Source: Promethearchaeota archaeon (GTDB taxonomy: Archaea; Asgardarchaeota; Lokiarchaeia; Sigyniarchaeales; SOKP01). From it: DNA of 64,000 nt. The position numbers were made by a program, and so were the translations under genes. The stretch is from positions 32,001 through 96,000 of the forward strand of contig JBHLMQ010000009.1 of NCBI GenBank assembly GCA_048938005.1, written 5' to 3'. The notes below the pieces were generated by a model. It saw only the letters and a list, made by a program, of their open reading frames with translations, had not been told where the DNA came from and did no database searches. This document shows positions 9,961 to 19,432 of this stretch, in pieces; the first letter of the stretch is position 1, and each line of letters opens with the position of its first letter.

Positions 9961-11397
9961 TTGTTTAATATGAAATTACCGGTAAAAGCTGTTTTGATTG
10001 GATCAGGGCGCAGAGGTTTAGAGGTTTATGGAAAATATGCTCTAAAAAACAAGAAAAAACTAAAATTTATTGCTGTAGCTGAACCCATTAAAACAAGATG
10101 TAAAAAATTTGCTAAATTACATAATATTCCTTTGAAAAGATGTTATGAAAGCTGGAAAGACTTACTTTCAGATGAGAAAATGGCAGATGTTGCTTTCATT
10201 TGTACTCAAGATCAAATGCACACAGAACCAACCTTGTTAGCCTTAGAAAAAGGATACCATGTGCTTTTAGAGAAACCGATGGCCAGTACTCTTAATGATT
10301 GTATTAGAATAGTAAAAAAAGTAGAAGAAACGGAAAAAATTTTAGGTGTGAGTCACGTTTTAAGATATACTGGCTTTTTCTCAACAATTCAAGAAGTAAT
10401 CCAAAAGGGGCTCCTTGGTGATATTATTAATATCACTCAGAGAGAAAATGTGATGTGGTACCATTATGCTCATAGTTATATTAGAGGACCATGGGCAAAA
10501 GTAGAAAAATCTTCTCCAATGATTTTAACAAAATGTTGTCATGACCTTGATTTACTTTTTTATATGGTTGGTTCACTTCCAAAGAAAATAAGTTCTTTTG
10601 GAAATTTATTACATTTCAAGCCTAAAAATGCGCCGGAGGGGGCTCCAGAGTATTGTTTAGATGGATGTCCTGCTAAAAACAAGTGTTTATATTATGCACC
10701 AAGAATATATGTTGATATTATCCCACAAATTCAATTAATGGAAAAAAGTGATAACAAAGCTTTAAAGATTTTAGGTTGGTTAAGAAAGAAACATGTAAAT
10801 TTTTTGACATATCTCTCTAAAATAATACCTCAGTTGAAAGAAATAAGGTATTATAGAGATTTTCCAATCTATTATTTATATACAGGAGAGAAAGAAGATT
10901 ATTCAGATGAAGCAAAATTGGAAATATTAAAAACTAGCCCCTATGGTAAATGTGTATATCACTGTGATAATAACGTGGTTGACCATCAAGTCGTAAATAT
11001 TGAATTTGAAAATGGAGTTACAGCAAATTTAACCATGCATGGTTTCAGTGAACAAGAAGGGCGTACATTAAGAATTGATGGAACAAAAGCAACATTATTG
11101 GGAGAGTTTCATATAAGCGGCGAAAAAATACTTTTATATGACCATTTTACTGGAGAAGAAAAACTTGTTTATAAGAAAAAGCTTACACGTGAATCCGGTG
11201 AACATGGTGTGGGTGATTTTGAGTTAATAGATGCATTTATTGAATTACTTATCAACAAAAGTAAAATCCAACCTTTAACAAATGCGCGAGATTCCCTTGA
11301 GAGTCATTTAATGGCATTTGCCGCTAATGAATCGCGCTTAAAGGGAACAATAATTGATATGGAAAAGTTTCGTTTAAATACTTATAAATCAGAATAA
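9961..11397 (+). CDS. Gfo/Idh/MocA family NAD(P)-dependent oxidoreductase
   Basis: IGSGRRG, HVLLEKPMA, KCCHDLD, DHQVVNIEFENG, EHGVGD. Confidence 0.88.
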   Translation: MFNMKLPVKAVLIGSGRRGLEVYGKYALKNKKKLKFIAVAEPIKTRCKKFAKLHNIPLKRCYESWKDLLSDEKMADVAFICTQDQMHTEPTLLALEKGYHVLLEKPMASTLNDCIRIVKKVEETEKILGVSHVLRYTGFFSTIQEVIQKGLLGDIINITQRENVMWYHYAHSYIRGPWAKVEKSSPMILTKCCHDLDLLFYMVGSLPKKISSFGNLLHFKPKNAPEGAPEYCLDGCPAKNKCLYYAPRIYVDIIPQIQLMEKSDNKALKILGWLRKKHVNFLTYLSKIIPQLKEIRYYRDFPIYYLYTGEKEDYSDEAKLEILKTSPYGKCVYHCDNNVVDHQVVNIEFENGVTANLTMHGFSEQEGRTLRIDGTKATLLGEFHISGEKILLYDHFTGEEKLVYKKKLTRESGEHGVGDFELIDAFIELLINKSKIQPLTNARDSLESHLMAFAANESRLKGTIIDMEKFRLNTYKSE

Positions 11398-11508
11398 CTT
11401 CAAAAAGAAGAAATAATGTTTGAACAGAAAAATTTTGGTTAATTTTATTACAATTGAGATAATAAAATATTATATATTTAATATTAAATTTTGGATTGTT
11501 AAAATAGA

Positions 11509-11736
11509 ATGGATAAGAAAATCGATACTTCTTCCCAATTTATAGAATTCTATAAAAAGAAAGGGGATTATTTAGTTTCTCTTTCAGAGAATCATTTTAA
11601 AAATATAGAATATCGAAAATGCCTTGAATTATTAAATGAAGCCTACGGAATGTACATGAAAGGGAATTATACTGAACTCGCTGAAAAAACCAAACAGAGA
11701 TTCATAGAAATAAAAGAAAAATATTTTAAAAAGTAA
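11509..11736 (+). CDS. small helical hypothetical protein (possible TPR-like hairpin)
   Basis: 75-aa ORF with amphipathic helices (YRKCLELLNEAYGMY). Confidence 0.55.
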   Translation: MDKKIDTSSQFIEFYKKKGDYLVSLSENHFKNIEYRKCLELLNEAYGMYMKGNYTELAEKTKQRFIEIKEKYFKK

Positions 11737-11741
11737 AAATT

Positions 11742-12236
11742 TCAATCAAATTCTAAATTTTTGCCTAATTTATTCTCAATATCTTCAATATGAGATCCTT
11801 CCCAGTATATTTTTTTGCATTGAGGATTTGAGCACTGATAAAATTCATTGTAATGATTGTATGTTTCTTTTAAGACATGCTCCTTTATTGTACTTTTATT
11901 AGCAATTCTCTTTAACTGCGAATTACAGATTGAACACCTCGCTTTTTCAATATTAAATTTAAAACTTAAATTAAAATGATTTTTAAGTTGATTTAAGTAG
12001 TGATATATACCTTCTCCTTTAAGATATACACTATTCTCAATATAGCTCTTAAATAAGGGATAATCTTTTGTGATGATAATTCTATCATTTTTTTTAGCAT
12101 AATCTATTAGCATTTCATCAGGAACAGGATCTATCTTAAAATATTCAATAAGATCATTGGCATATATTGTGTCAAATCCAAAAATTCTTAGAAATCGAGC
12201 TAATCTGCCCAACATAGAATCAACTAAAAATTTCAT
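11742..12236 (-). CDS. Mut7-C RNase domain protein (PIN-like plus Zn ribbon)
   Basis: FLVDSMLGRLARFLRIFGFDT, RIIITKD, RCSICN, CxxxxCKKIYWEGSH. Confidence 0.88.
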   Translation of the reverse strand: MKFLVDSMLGRLARFLRIFGFDTIYANDLIEYFKIDPVPDEMLIDYAKKNDRIIITKDYPLFKSYIENSVYLKGEGIYHYLNQLKNHFNLSFKFNIEKARCSICNSQLKRIANKSTIKEHVLKETYNHYNEFYQCSNPQCKKIYWEGSHIEDIENKLGKNLEFD

Positions 12237-12311
12237 ATTAAAGAGGTTAAGCTTTTATTAAGTAACTTTAGATCAAATATATTTAAGCAAAAAAAAATAT
12301 TATTAATTTAA

Positions 12312-12839
12312 ATGGAAGCTAAAGAATTGATGGAAAAAGCAGTAAGATTTCATGGACACATTTGTCCAGGTCTAGCAATTGGAGTTTTAGCTGCTAAATA
12401 TGTTTTAGAACATGGTCATGATTATTCTCCTAATGAGGAGTTAGTTGCTGTTGTTGAGAATGATAATTGCAGCGTTGATGCCCTCCAAGTTTTATTAGGT
12501 ACAACTTTTGGAAAGGGTAATCTTATACATCAAGATTATGGTAAAAATAATTATTACATTTATGATAGAAGGACCGAAAAAAGCATCAGATTAGCATTAA
12601 AAAGTGGTAAAATTGGTAATAAAAAGCAAACGAGAGATGAAAAAATTCAGTTTTTATTGAAAGCTAAACCAGAAGATATCTTCAATATTTATGAAATTGA
12701 ATTCAATCCCCCTGGATTAGCTCAAATTGAAGAATCTGTACCATGTGAGGTATGTGGAGAACTTACTATGAATAGTAGGCTTATGACGTATAATGATTCT
12801 GAAATGTGTATTTCTTGCTATAAAAAAATGAGAAAATAA
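12312..12839 (+). CDS. FmdE/FwdE family protein with C-terminal Zn finger
   Basis: FHGHICPGLAIG, ENDNCSVDALQ...TFGKGNL, CEVCGE...CISC. Confidence 0.88.
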   Translation: MEAKELMEKAVRFHGHICPGLAIGVLAAKYVLEHGHDYSPNEELVAVVENDNCSVDALQVLLGTTFGKGNLIHQDYGKNNYYIYDRRTEKSIRLALKSGKIGNKKQTRDEKIQFLLKAKPEDIFNIYEIEFNPPGLAQIEESVPCEVCGELTMNSRLMTYNDSEMCISCYKKMRK

Positions 12840-12950
12840 TTAAAATTAATTTCTTTTAAATCTAATGCTTTAGGACAGATATATCTAACCATTTTCTAAC
12901 ATATAGGGATTCTCATTATTTTTTAATTGCGTATATAAATGTGAGACAAA

Positions 12951-13715
12951 ATGGATAATAATAATCCAACAATAATGGCCGATGCTGGTCCATTTTATTT
13001 TGAAGGAAGTAAGATTGGAATCCTCATGATACATGGAGGCGGTGGAGGAACATGTGCAGATTTAAAGCCTCTAGCAGAAGATTTGCATATAAAAGGAGGT
13101 TATACTATAAAAGTTCCCTTACTTCCTGGATTTGGAAGTTCCCCTGAAGATTTAAAAAACACTCAGATTGACGAATGGAAATCTGCTTTAGAACAAGAAA
13201 TAACAACATTAATGGATATCTGTAATAGGATAATTGTAGGTGGGCATTCTATGGGGGGAGCTTTAACTTTAATATTAGCATCAAAATATCGCTTTGATGG
13301 AATTTTTACAATTAGTGCTCCCATAGGAGCTCGATCATTTCTAATTAATCTAGTTCCTTTATTCAAAATTTTCGTAAAATATCATAAAATTCCTTCTGAA
13401 CAATTCAGAAAAGATACAAATGGAAAGTGGGTGGGGTATGATAAGATTCCTGTAAATATTGGGATAAAAGCAAAAAAATTGATGAGAGAACTGAGACAAT
13501 CTTTAGTAAAAATAAATTGTCCAATATTATTATTTCAAGGTCGATTAGATTCTGATATTAAAAAAAAGAGTATGGATTATATTTTCAATAAAATTAGTTC
13601 TAAGAATAAAAAGAAAATATGGTTAGAACATAATAGTCATCCAATATTATGCAGCCCTGATCATAATCAAATTGTATCTGAACTTTTTAATTTTATTCAT
13701 GAAATTTGTCCTTAA
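12951..13715 (+). CDS. alpha/beta hydrolase (carboxylesterase/monoacylglycerol lipase-like)
   Basis: GHSMGG nucleophile elbow, QGRLD, catalytic His near NSHPI. Confidence 0.85.
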   Translation: MDNNNPTIMADAGPFYFEGSKIGILMIHGGGGGTCADLKPLAEDLHIKGGYTIKVPLLPGFGSSPEDLKNTQIDEWKSALEQEITTLMDICNRIIVGGHSMGGALTLILASKYRFDGIFTISAPIGARSFLINLVPLFKIFVKYHKIPSEQFRKDTNGKWVGYDKIPVNIGIKAKKLMRELRQSLVKINCPILLFQGRLDSDIKKKSMDYIFNKISSKNKKKIWLEHNSHPILCSPDHNQIVSELFNFIHEICP

Positions 13716-13931
13716 ATTATTTATTCATAATTAAATTACTAAAAATATCGAAGAGTAGACTTTTGTAATTTTTGAAAACTTAAATCATGATTAATACATA
13801 TTTATTATCCAAGGTAATAGGGAATCAATTCTTTATTTTTGTGAAAATACAAGAAATTCCATTAGAGATATTTAAGGAAATCTTAATAAGACAACATTTT
13901 TAAACTATTGTATAAATAGGATGATTAATTT

Positions 13932-15158
13932 ATGATTAAAAACATAAGTAAGGGACATACTTTATTAGTAAAAGGTCCAGCAAGAATAACTATATTAGAA
14001 GGAAAAATTGATGTTTTTGGGAAAATTTATCTTCCAAAAAAAGAGTTATCGACGGATTCATCCACAAATGATGGAAATGTTTTAATAATCCCTGGTGCCC
14101 AAGTTTTTCCTCTATTTGCACTAGTTAATTCAAAATTAGATGCATATACTAATTTTGAAGAAAATCTTAAATTAATTGAAGAAAATTCTGTTTCTCTTAA
14201 GTGGATTGAAATTAAAGATTCTATTATTCAAAAGTTGAAAGAAAATCCTAATACTCCTTTAAAGATAATGGTTTTAGGAATTAGCAGTGGAAAAACAACA
14301 TTCATTAAATATTTAGCAAACAATTTTCTTCAGGAAGGATTAAAAGGTGGATATCTTGATTCAGATCTCGGGCAACAGATTATATATATTCCAACCACAA
14401 TCAATATAGGTTCCATTGATGATTATATTATTTCAAGCGAGAATATAAAATCTGAAAAAACAGTCTTTATTGGCGCCACTTTTCCGAAAGGAGACTATAA
14501 ATTCATAGTTTCTCTATCATCTAGGCAATTAATTGATGATTTTATTGTTAATCATAAGGATATCGATTTCATTTTAATTGATACAGATGGTTGGATTAAA
14601 ACTGAGGCAGGGATTCTTTATAAAAATTTTTTTATCAAAACAGTGGATCCGGATATAATTATTGTATTTCATGATGATAGCATTGAGGAATTAAAAAGCA
14701 TTGAAGAAACCTCATCAAGTTCAAGAAAAGACCGAAAAATATTTCTAATCAAAGAAAAAAATAAATATTTCTATGAAAAAGATAAGGAAGAAAGAAGATT
14801 TTTACGCCAAAGTCAATTTTCTAAGAAATTTGAGGCGTTTAGAAAGATTTCAATTCCTTTAAACAGTATGAAATTCATAAAGACAGAATATAATAAGGAA
14901 AAAGATCAAATTATTGAAAAGGAGATAAATATTAATGAACTAGTTGATCTTCCTTACCATTATGTAATAATTGGTTTAATGTCTGAAAAATCTGAGTTAA
15001 TAGAAATAGGGCTACTGTTCACAATAAATATTGAGAAAAATTATATCTTATTATATTCTAGCTTAACTTATAAACAACAACTTGATGTAAAGAAAATATT
15101 ATTAGGAAGTTTACGATTATCTACCAAAGGAAATCACCAAGGGTACTTGTACCTCTAA
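13932..15158 (+). CDS. Clp1/Grc3/Nol9 family polynucleotide 5'-kinase
   Basis: N-terminal LLVKGPARI..LEG.IDVFG, P-loop GISSGKTT, LDSDLGQ, IDTDGW, ERRFLRQ lid. Confidence 0.85.
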   Translation: MIKNISKGHTLLVKGPARITILEGKIDVFGKIYLPKKELSTDSSTNDGNVLIIPGAQVFPLFALVNSKLDAYTNFEENLKLIEENSVSLKWIEIKDSIIQKLKENPNTPLKIMVLGISSGKTTFIKYLANNFLQEGLKGGYLDSDLGQQIIYIPTTINIGSIDDYIISSENIKSEKTVFIGATFPKGDYKFIVSLSSRQLIDDFIVNHKDIDFILIDTDGWIKTEAGILYKNFFIKTVDPDIIIVFHDDSIEELKSIEETSSSSRKDRKIFLIKEKNKYFYEKDKEERRFLRQSQFSKKFEAFRKISIPLNSMKFIKTEYNKEKDQIIEKEININELVDLPYHYVIIGLMSEKSELIEIGLLFTINIEKNYILLYSSLTYKQQLDVKKILLGSLRLSTKGNHQGYLYL

Positions 15159-15288
15159 TTAGAATGACAAAATACTACGACTAAGTCTCTAATTTTTAGT
15201 GTGTAAAAAAATTTGTAATATTCTTTTCAGTATTTATTAAACGATATTTAACTAATTTTTTTAAATTGAGGAGTAATTATATTAATTT

Positions 15289-16728
15289 ATGGATGAGGAT
15301 CTTCTCACTAAGTTTCTTAAATTAATGTCCACTAAAATTTCAGACAATGACCTTGAATTAATAAATTTGGGAAGATCTTTAGGATTAGATTTAGTATCTT
15401 TTGCTGAATTACGAGCCTCCCAAGAAGATGAATTTGCTGATGAGGTAAGGAAAAGAGCAATAGAAAGGATGGAAAAAGATGGAGATAATCTTTTGGATAA
15501 TACAGACTCCTTTTATGCAGGAAGTATTGATTTCATGGTATCTGATGAACCTGAAGGAAAAAAGTTTTTTCTTTTAGAAACAAATGGTGGATCTCATCGT
15601 GGGCTTTCAATTATTACTAAAAAACAGCAAGCACTTCTATATGATGGTTATTATGAAGCCATTCTTCAAGCGTTGAAAAAAAACAATAAAATGGATAAAA
15701 AAATATTTGTATTAATTGGAGTACCTGTCAATGATGGATTAATTCATGAAAAAGTAATAATGACCGAATATTTAAGAAAAAAGCTGAAATCTAACGAATA
15801 TTCAATTAAAATTTTTAATACAGATAATTATGATAAACATTTCAAGGCAAAAATCATAATCTTGATAGCTGATTACCGACAATTATCCCGATCTCTCTCT
15901 TTCTCAAATAATTGGATTAAATTTAATGGAGAGGAGGTGAGTGTATTAATAGGAGATGGGATTACAAGGCGTCTCGCAAATAAGGAGTTTTCTGAATTAA
16001 TTAAGAAAGATTTCCGAAGAATAAAGTCAATTATAGTAAATCCAATCTTTAGAATAACCGATGATAAATCTCTAACATATTTGGCAAGCTTTTTTAGTAA
16101 AGATACTCTCAAGAAGTATAATTTGAGGTATTTATTATTTACCAAAGCATATACAGAAAAAGAATTAATAAATAAATTGGTATATCTCATTAACACATAT
16201 CAGAGATCTTTTATTATAAAACCTAGTGGAGGTTCTGGGGGTGCTGGCGTTATGCCAGTTTCGCAAGATGAAGATTCATATAGTATTAAAAAAATTGTCG
16301 AAGATAGTAAAAGGGAATTCTTTGCCAAGTTCATGAAAAATCGTGATCCTTTTCCATACACAATTCAAGAAATGGCTGATTTCTCTCTGATTGATTGGCG
16401 TGAAGGAAAACATACATTTGATTTACGAATCTATTTAGCCCAAAGAGAAGGTAAGGTTATCCCTATAGGTGGTTTGGCCAGAATTGCTCGTGGAGAATAT
16501 AGTGGAAGCCTTAATAAGCAAGAATTTGTAGTTAACTTATCAGGCTATAATGGTCAAATTGAAGTTGATCGTGGACTTGGATTCTCTAAAGAAAAATGTA
16601 AAGTATTAAATCTGACAAAAGATGATTTTGTAAGTATGTTTTGCATAGGTTGTGTATTATTTGCTGGCATTGTTAAAAATTATAATAAAATTATTAAATT
16701 CTCAGATTGGGATAAAATCATTGATTGA
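15289..16728 (+). CDS. circularly permuted ATP-grasp amidoligase
   Basis: Metal-binding D...ExN (SIDFMV...FFLLETNGG, aa ~80-100) lies N-terminal to IIKPSGGSGGAGV, TIQE, FDLRIY, GGLARIA and VVNLSG. Confidence 0.8.
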   Translation: MDEDLLTKFLKLMSTKISDNDLELINLGRSLGLDLVSFAELRASQEDEFADEVRKRAIERMEKDGDNLLDNTDSFYAGSIDFMVSDEPEGKKFFLLETNGGSHRGLSIITKKQQALLYDGYYEAILQALKKNNKMDKKIFVLIGVPVNDGLIHEKVIMTEYLRKKLKSNEYSIKIFNTDNYDKHFKAKIIILIADYRQLSRSLSFSNNWIKFNGEEVSVLIGDGITRRLANKEFSELIKKDFRRIKSIIVNPIFRITDDKSLTYLASFFSKDTLKKYNLRYLLFTKAYTEKELINKLVYLINTYQRSFIIKPSGGSGGAGVMPVSQDEDSYSIKKIVEDSKREFFAKFMKNRDPFPYTIQEMADFSLIDWREGKHTFDLRIYLAQREGKVIPIGGLARIARGEYSGSLNKQEFVVNLSGYNGQIEVDRGLGFSKEKCKVLNLTKDDFVSMFCIGCVLFAGIVKNYNKIIKFSDWDKIID

Positions 16729-16729
16729 A

Positions 16730-17890
16730 ATGAATCTAGATACATTTAAGGCACTATTAAATTTCTCTCATCGATACCAATTATACAATAAAATATTAAA
16801 TGAATTAGAAAAAGTTGAAAAATTAGATTTTACATTTTATCAGACTTATGAGACATCTGAAGGAATTATCCCTCTTATAAAAATCGCAGATAAAACTAAT
16901 CTTGAGGAAATTAAGCATGTTAAAGTCTTCATTGGAGCTCAGCATAACGAATATAATGGACTTTTTAGTATGTTAAGATTTTTTAGGTTATTAAGAGAAG
17001 AGCGAATTAAAATTAATGAGGTTATCAAAACTAATCAAGTGCTCTTTTTCTTACCTATATTAAATCCTTTTGGGTTCCTTAATCCTAATAAAAATAATAA
17101 ATCTGGATATTATTTAAAAAATGGTACAAATCTTAATAGATTCTGGCGCAGAGCATTCGCTCCTGAATATAAAAACGGAAAGGAGGATTTAAATAATCTT
17201 CCAACACCTGAACAAGTCTTAATTGTGAAAGATCTGCTTCAAGAATATTGGGATAACGAGGAAACTTATATATATATATTAGATTTCCATGAAACCTCTT
17301 TACTGGAAAGATTTCCGATTGAATTAAGTACAAATCTAAATCCTTTTTATAAATTTGATCATTGGCTAAAAGAAGGGATGATATTAAACATTATAAAACT
17401 TTATGGGATTCCTTATTATCGTAAACCACTCTTTTTCAAATGTACTCCTTCTGCCGATCACACTCATCTAAATTTGACTCACAAACAGTTTGAGACGGTT
17501 TATGAAAAACTCCATGATTATATGACAAAAAACCAAGGAAAAGGAAAATTACCCTTTTATTTTTGCTACAGCAACAAGAGTAGAGATTACTGCCTGAAAC
17601 TTGCTAATAAAGTTTATAATAAATTGAAAGAGAAATTATGGGAAACTTATTTTCCTGCTTTTGATCATTATTTCCATGATCATGGTTGTTTTGTAAGAAT
17701 GAGTGATGCAACACCACGCCCTAGAGTATATTCTATGGAGTTAGAGTCCCAAAAACATTTCTTTAATATATTTGAAGAAATTAAAAAATCAAAATCAGAT
17801 CCTAATTATTTCAAAAATAAACTTAGTCTTATTGATTTAAGTATAGAATTAGCACTGGAGACTATTAAAGAAATGATAGAATTATTTTAA
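16730..17890 (+). CDS. M14-type zinc carboxypeptidase / AstE-AspA-like amidohydrolase
   Basis: GAQHNEYNG (first Zn-ligand His/Glu motif), PILNPFG, GTNLNRFW, ILDFHET, late MELE; ATG at 16730 lies 1 nt after the upstream TGA. Confidence 0.78.
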   Translation: MNLDTFKALLNFSHRYQLYNKILNELEKVEKLDFTFYQTYETSEGIIPLIKIADKTNLEEIKHVKVFIGAQHNEYNGLFSMLRFFRLLREERIKINEVIKTNQVLFFLPILNPFGFLNPNKNNKSGYYLKNGTNLNRFWRRAFAPEYKNGKEDLNNLPTPEQVLIVKDLLQEYWDNEETYIYILDFHETSLLERFPIELSTNLNPFYKFDHWLKEGMILNIIKLYGIPYYRKPLFFKCTPSADHTHLNLTHKQFETVYEKLHDYMTKNQGKGKLPFYFCYSNKSRDYCLKLANKVYNKLKEKLWETYFPAFDHYFHDHGCFVRMSDATPRPRVYSMELESQKHFFNIFEEIKKSKSDPNYFKNKLSLIDLSIELALETIKEMIELF

Positions 17891-17926
17891 CTGTTACCAA
17901 ATAGGAAAATTGAACATGATATAAAA

Positions 17927-18925
17927 CTATGAACTTATGAAATTTAGGGTTGCTCCTACTAAAACACATTCGTTTTTTTTCTGTGAGTGACCCCCTTTTT
18001 TCAATATTAATACGTTCTTCTTTGGAGACTCTAAAATTAGTCTATTTTCTATTAAATTTTTGAATTTTATTATCCTGTCGTTTTTACAATGAATTAACAT
18101 AACTTTTTTAGAAAAATCTTCCCATTCTTCTGGAGTTAGTTCATTTTTAGCATTTTTTATTAAAAAATAAGGAGATAATCGATTATTTTCTTCTATAGTT
18201 GGAAATAATTTTACCCTTTTAAATAAATAACTCATAATAACAACAGGATTGTATTTTGGAATATTTTGCTTGTAATGAGACATAGAAGAAATTGCAATAA
18301 TTTTTTCAATCTCTTTATTTAAAAAACCTCCAGATAAAACTGTAATGGCACCGATACTAAAACCAATGCAATAAATTTTCTTATTTGAATACTCTTCTTG
18401 ATTTTTTACCCATTCAATTATTTTTTTAAAATCTTCAATCCTTTTTAAAAAATCGCTTCTCTTTCCAGTTTTTTTAGATTTTCCCGTACCTCTTGCATCA
18501 TAAGCTAAAATAATATAGCCTTGATAAGCGAGTGGAAAATATAAATATTGAAGTTTCTCTTTTGTATCGGAAAAGCCATGACATATTATAATTATTGCAT
18601 TCTTTGTATTAATTTTAGCTTGCTCCCTACATTTTACTAGATTCACTGATAAAAATCCATCAGAAACATTAATTTTTACATTTAAAACGTGTAGTTCCTT
18701 GAGAAAGAGTCTTCTCCAACGATCAAACCATAGATCTCTAAACGACCAATAAATTTCAAAAGGAGTATATATAATTAAAAATGTGGTTGTTGATAAGATA
18801 AAACATCTTGAAAAAGCAGTTGTATAACATGGATTTCCTAACCAAATATTTACTTCCCAAATATACCAGCTGAATAAAATATCAATAAATATTAATATTA
18901 TGCGTTTTAGAGTATTTGAAATCAA
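17927..18925 (-). CDS. membrane-anchored alpha/beta hydrolase
   Basis: Two N-terminal hydrophobic segments, CHGF, YDARGTGKS, GFSIG, HCKND, GGHS. Confidence 0.8.
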   Translation of the reverse strand: MISNTLKRIILIFIDILFSWYIWEVNIWLGNPCYTTAFSRCFILSTTTFLIIYTPFEIYWSFRDLWFDRWRRLFLKELHVLNVKINVSDGFLSVNLVKCREQAKINTKNAIIIICHGFSDTKEKLQYLYFPLAYQGYIILAYDARGTGKSKKTGKRSDFLKRIEDFKKIIEWVKNQEEYSNKKIYCIGFSIGAITVLSGGFLNKEIEKIIAISSMSHYKQNIPKYNPVVIMSYLFKRVKLFPTIEENNRLSPYFLIKNAKNELTPEEWEDFSKKVMLIHCKNDRIIKFKNLIENRLILESPKKNVLILKKGGHSQKKNECVLVGATLNFISS

Positions 18926-18996
18926 ACTTTCTCACAAGAAGAATGTAATCAATAGTGATTTAGGCGTTTAATTATTAAAAAGATAAAGAATAAATT

Positions 18997-19323
18997 TTAT
19001 GGCTTATTTGGTTTTGGACACCCATAATCATGCGCAACTTTACAATCTGGTTTGCTTTTTAAACCTGGACAGGGTTTACATTTCACATCTCGCAGCAGTT
19101 TGACAACATCATCAACTTCCATCCCGAATTCTTCATCTTCTGTTTCATCTACTAACATATCATCTTTTATTTTACTAAGATCATAATCTACATCTTCTTC
19201 TAAGTCATCTTTCCAATCAGATAGATCCAATATCTCATCTCCATCTTCGTCTATTTTTCCACTTGGAACGTCATATTCCTCTTTATCAATTGGGACACTC
19301 TTTTTTTTAGCCATATCTCTCAC
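18997..19323 (-). CDS. small acidic protein with C-terminal 4-Cys motif
   Basis: D/E-rich tract followed by CKPC-x8-C-x7-C; real start may be MAKKK (ATG 19314). Confidence 0.65.
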   Translation of the reverse strand: MRDMAKKKSVPIDKEEYDVPSGKIDEDGDEILDLSDWKDDLEEDVDYDLSKIKDDMLVDETEDEEFGMEVDDVVKLLRDVKCKPCPGLKSKPDCKVAHDYGCPKPNKP

Positions 19324-19432
19324 TCACAATTTTAATTAAGTTTTACTTATTAATGTTTTAAATATATAATCTTTGCTAAAATTTAATTTTAATTCGATTT
19401 TATTTATTGACTAACTAAATGAGAATTTGCCT

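Noticed and set aside
12312-12839. FmdE as evidence of a formylmethanofuran dehydrogenase operon
   Set aside because: Stand-alone gene with no fwd/fmd A-D neighbours; FmdE-like proteins are often solitary
16652-16729. ORF-track start for the M14 peptidase
   Set aside because: It overlaps the ligase by 77 nt; ATG 16730 right after the stop is more plausible
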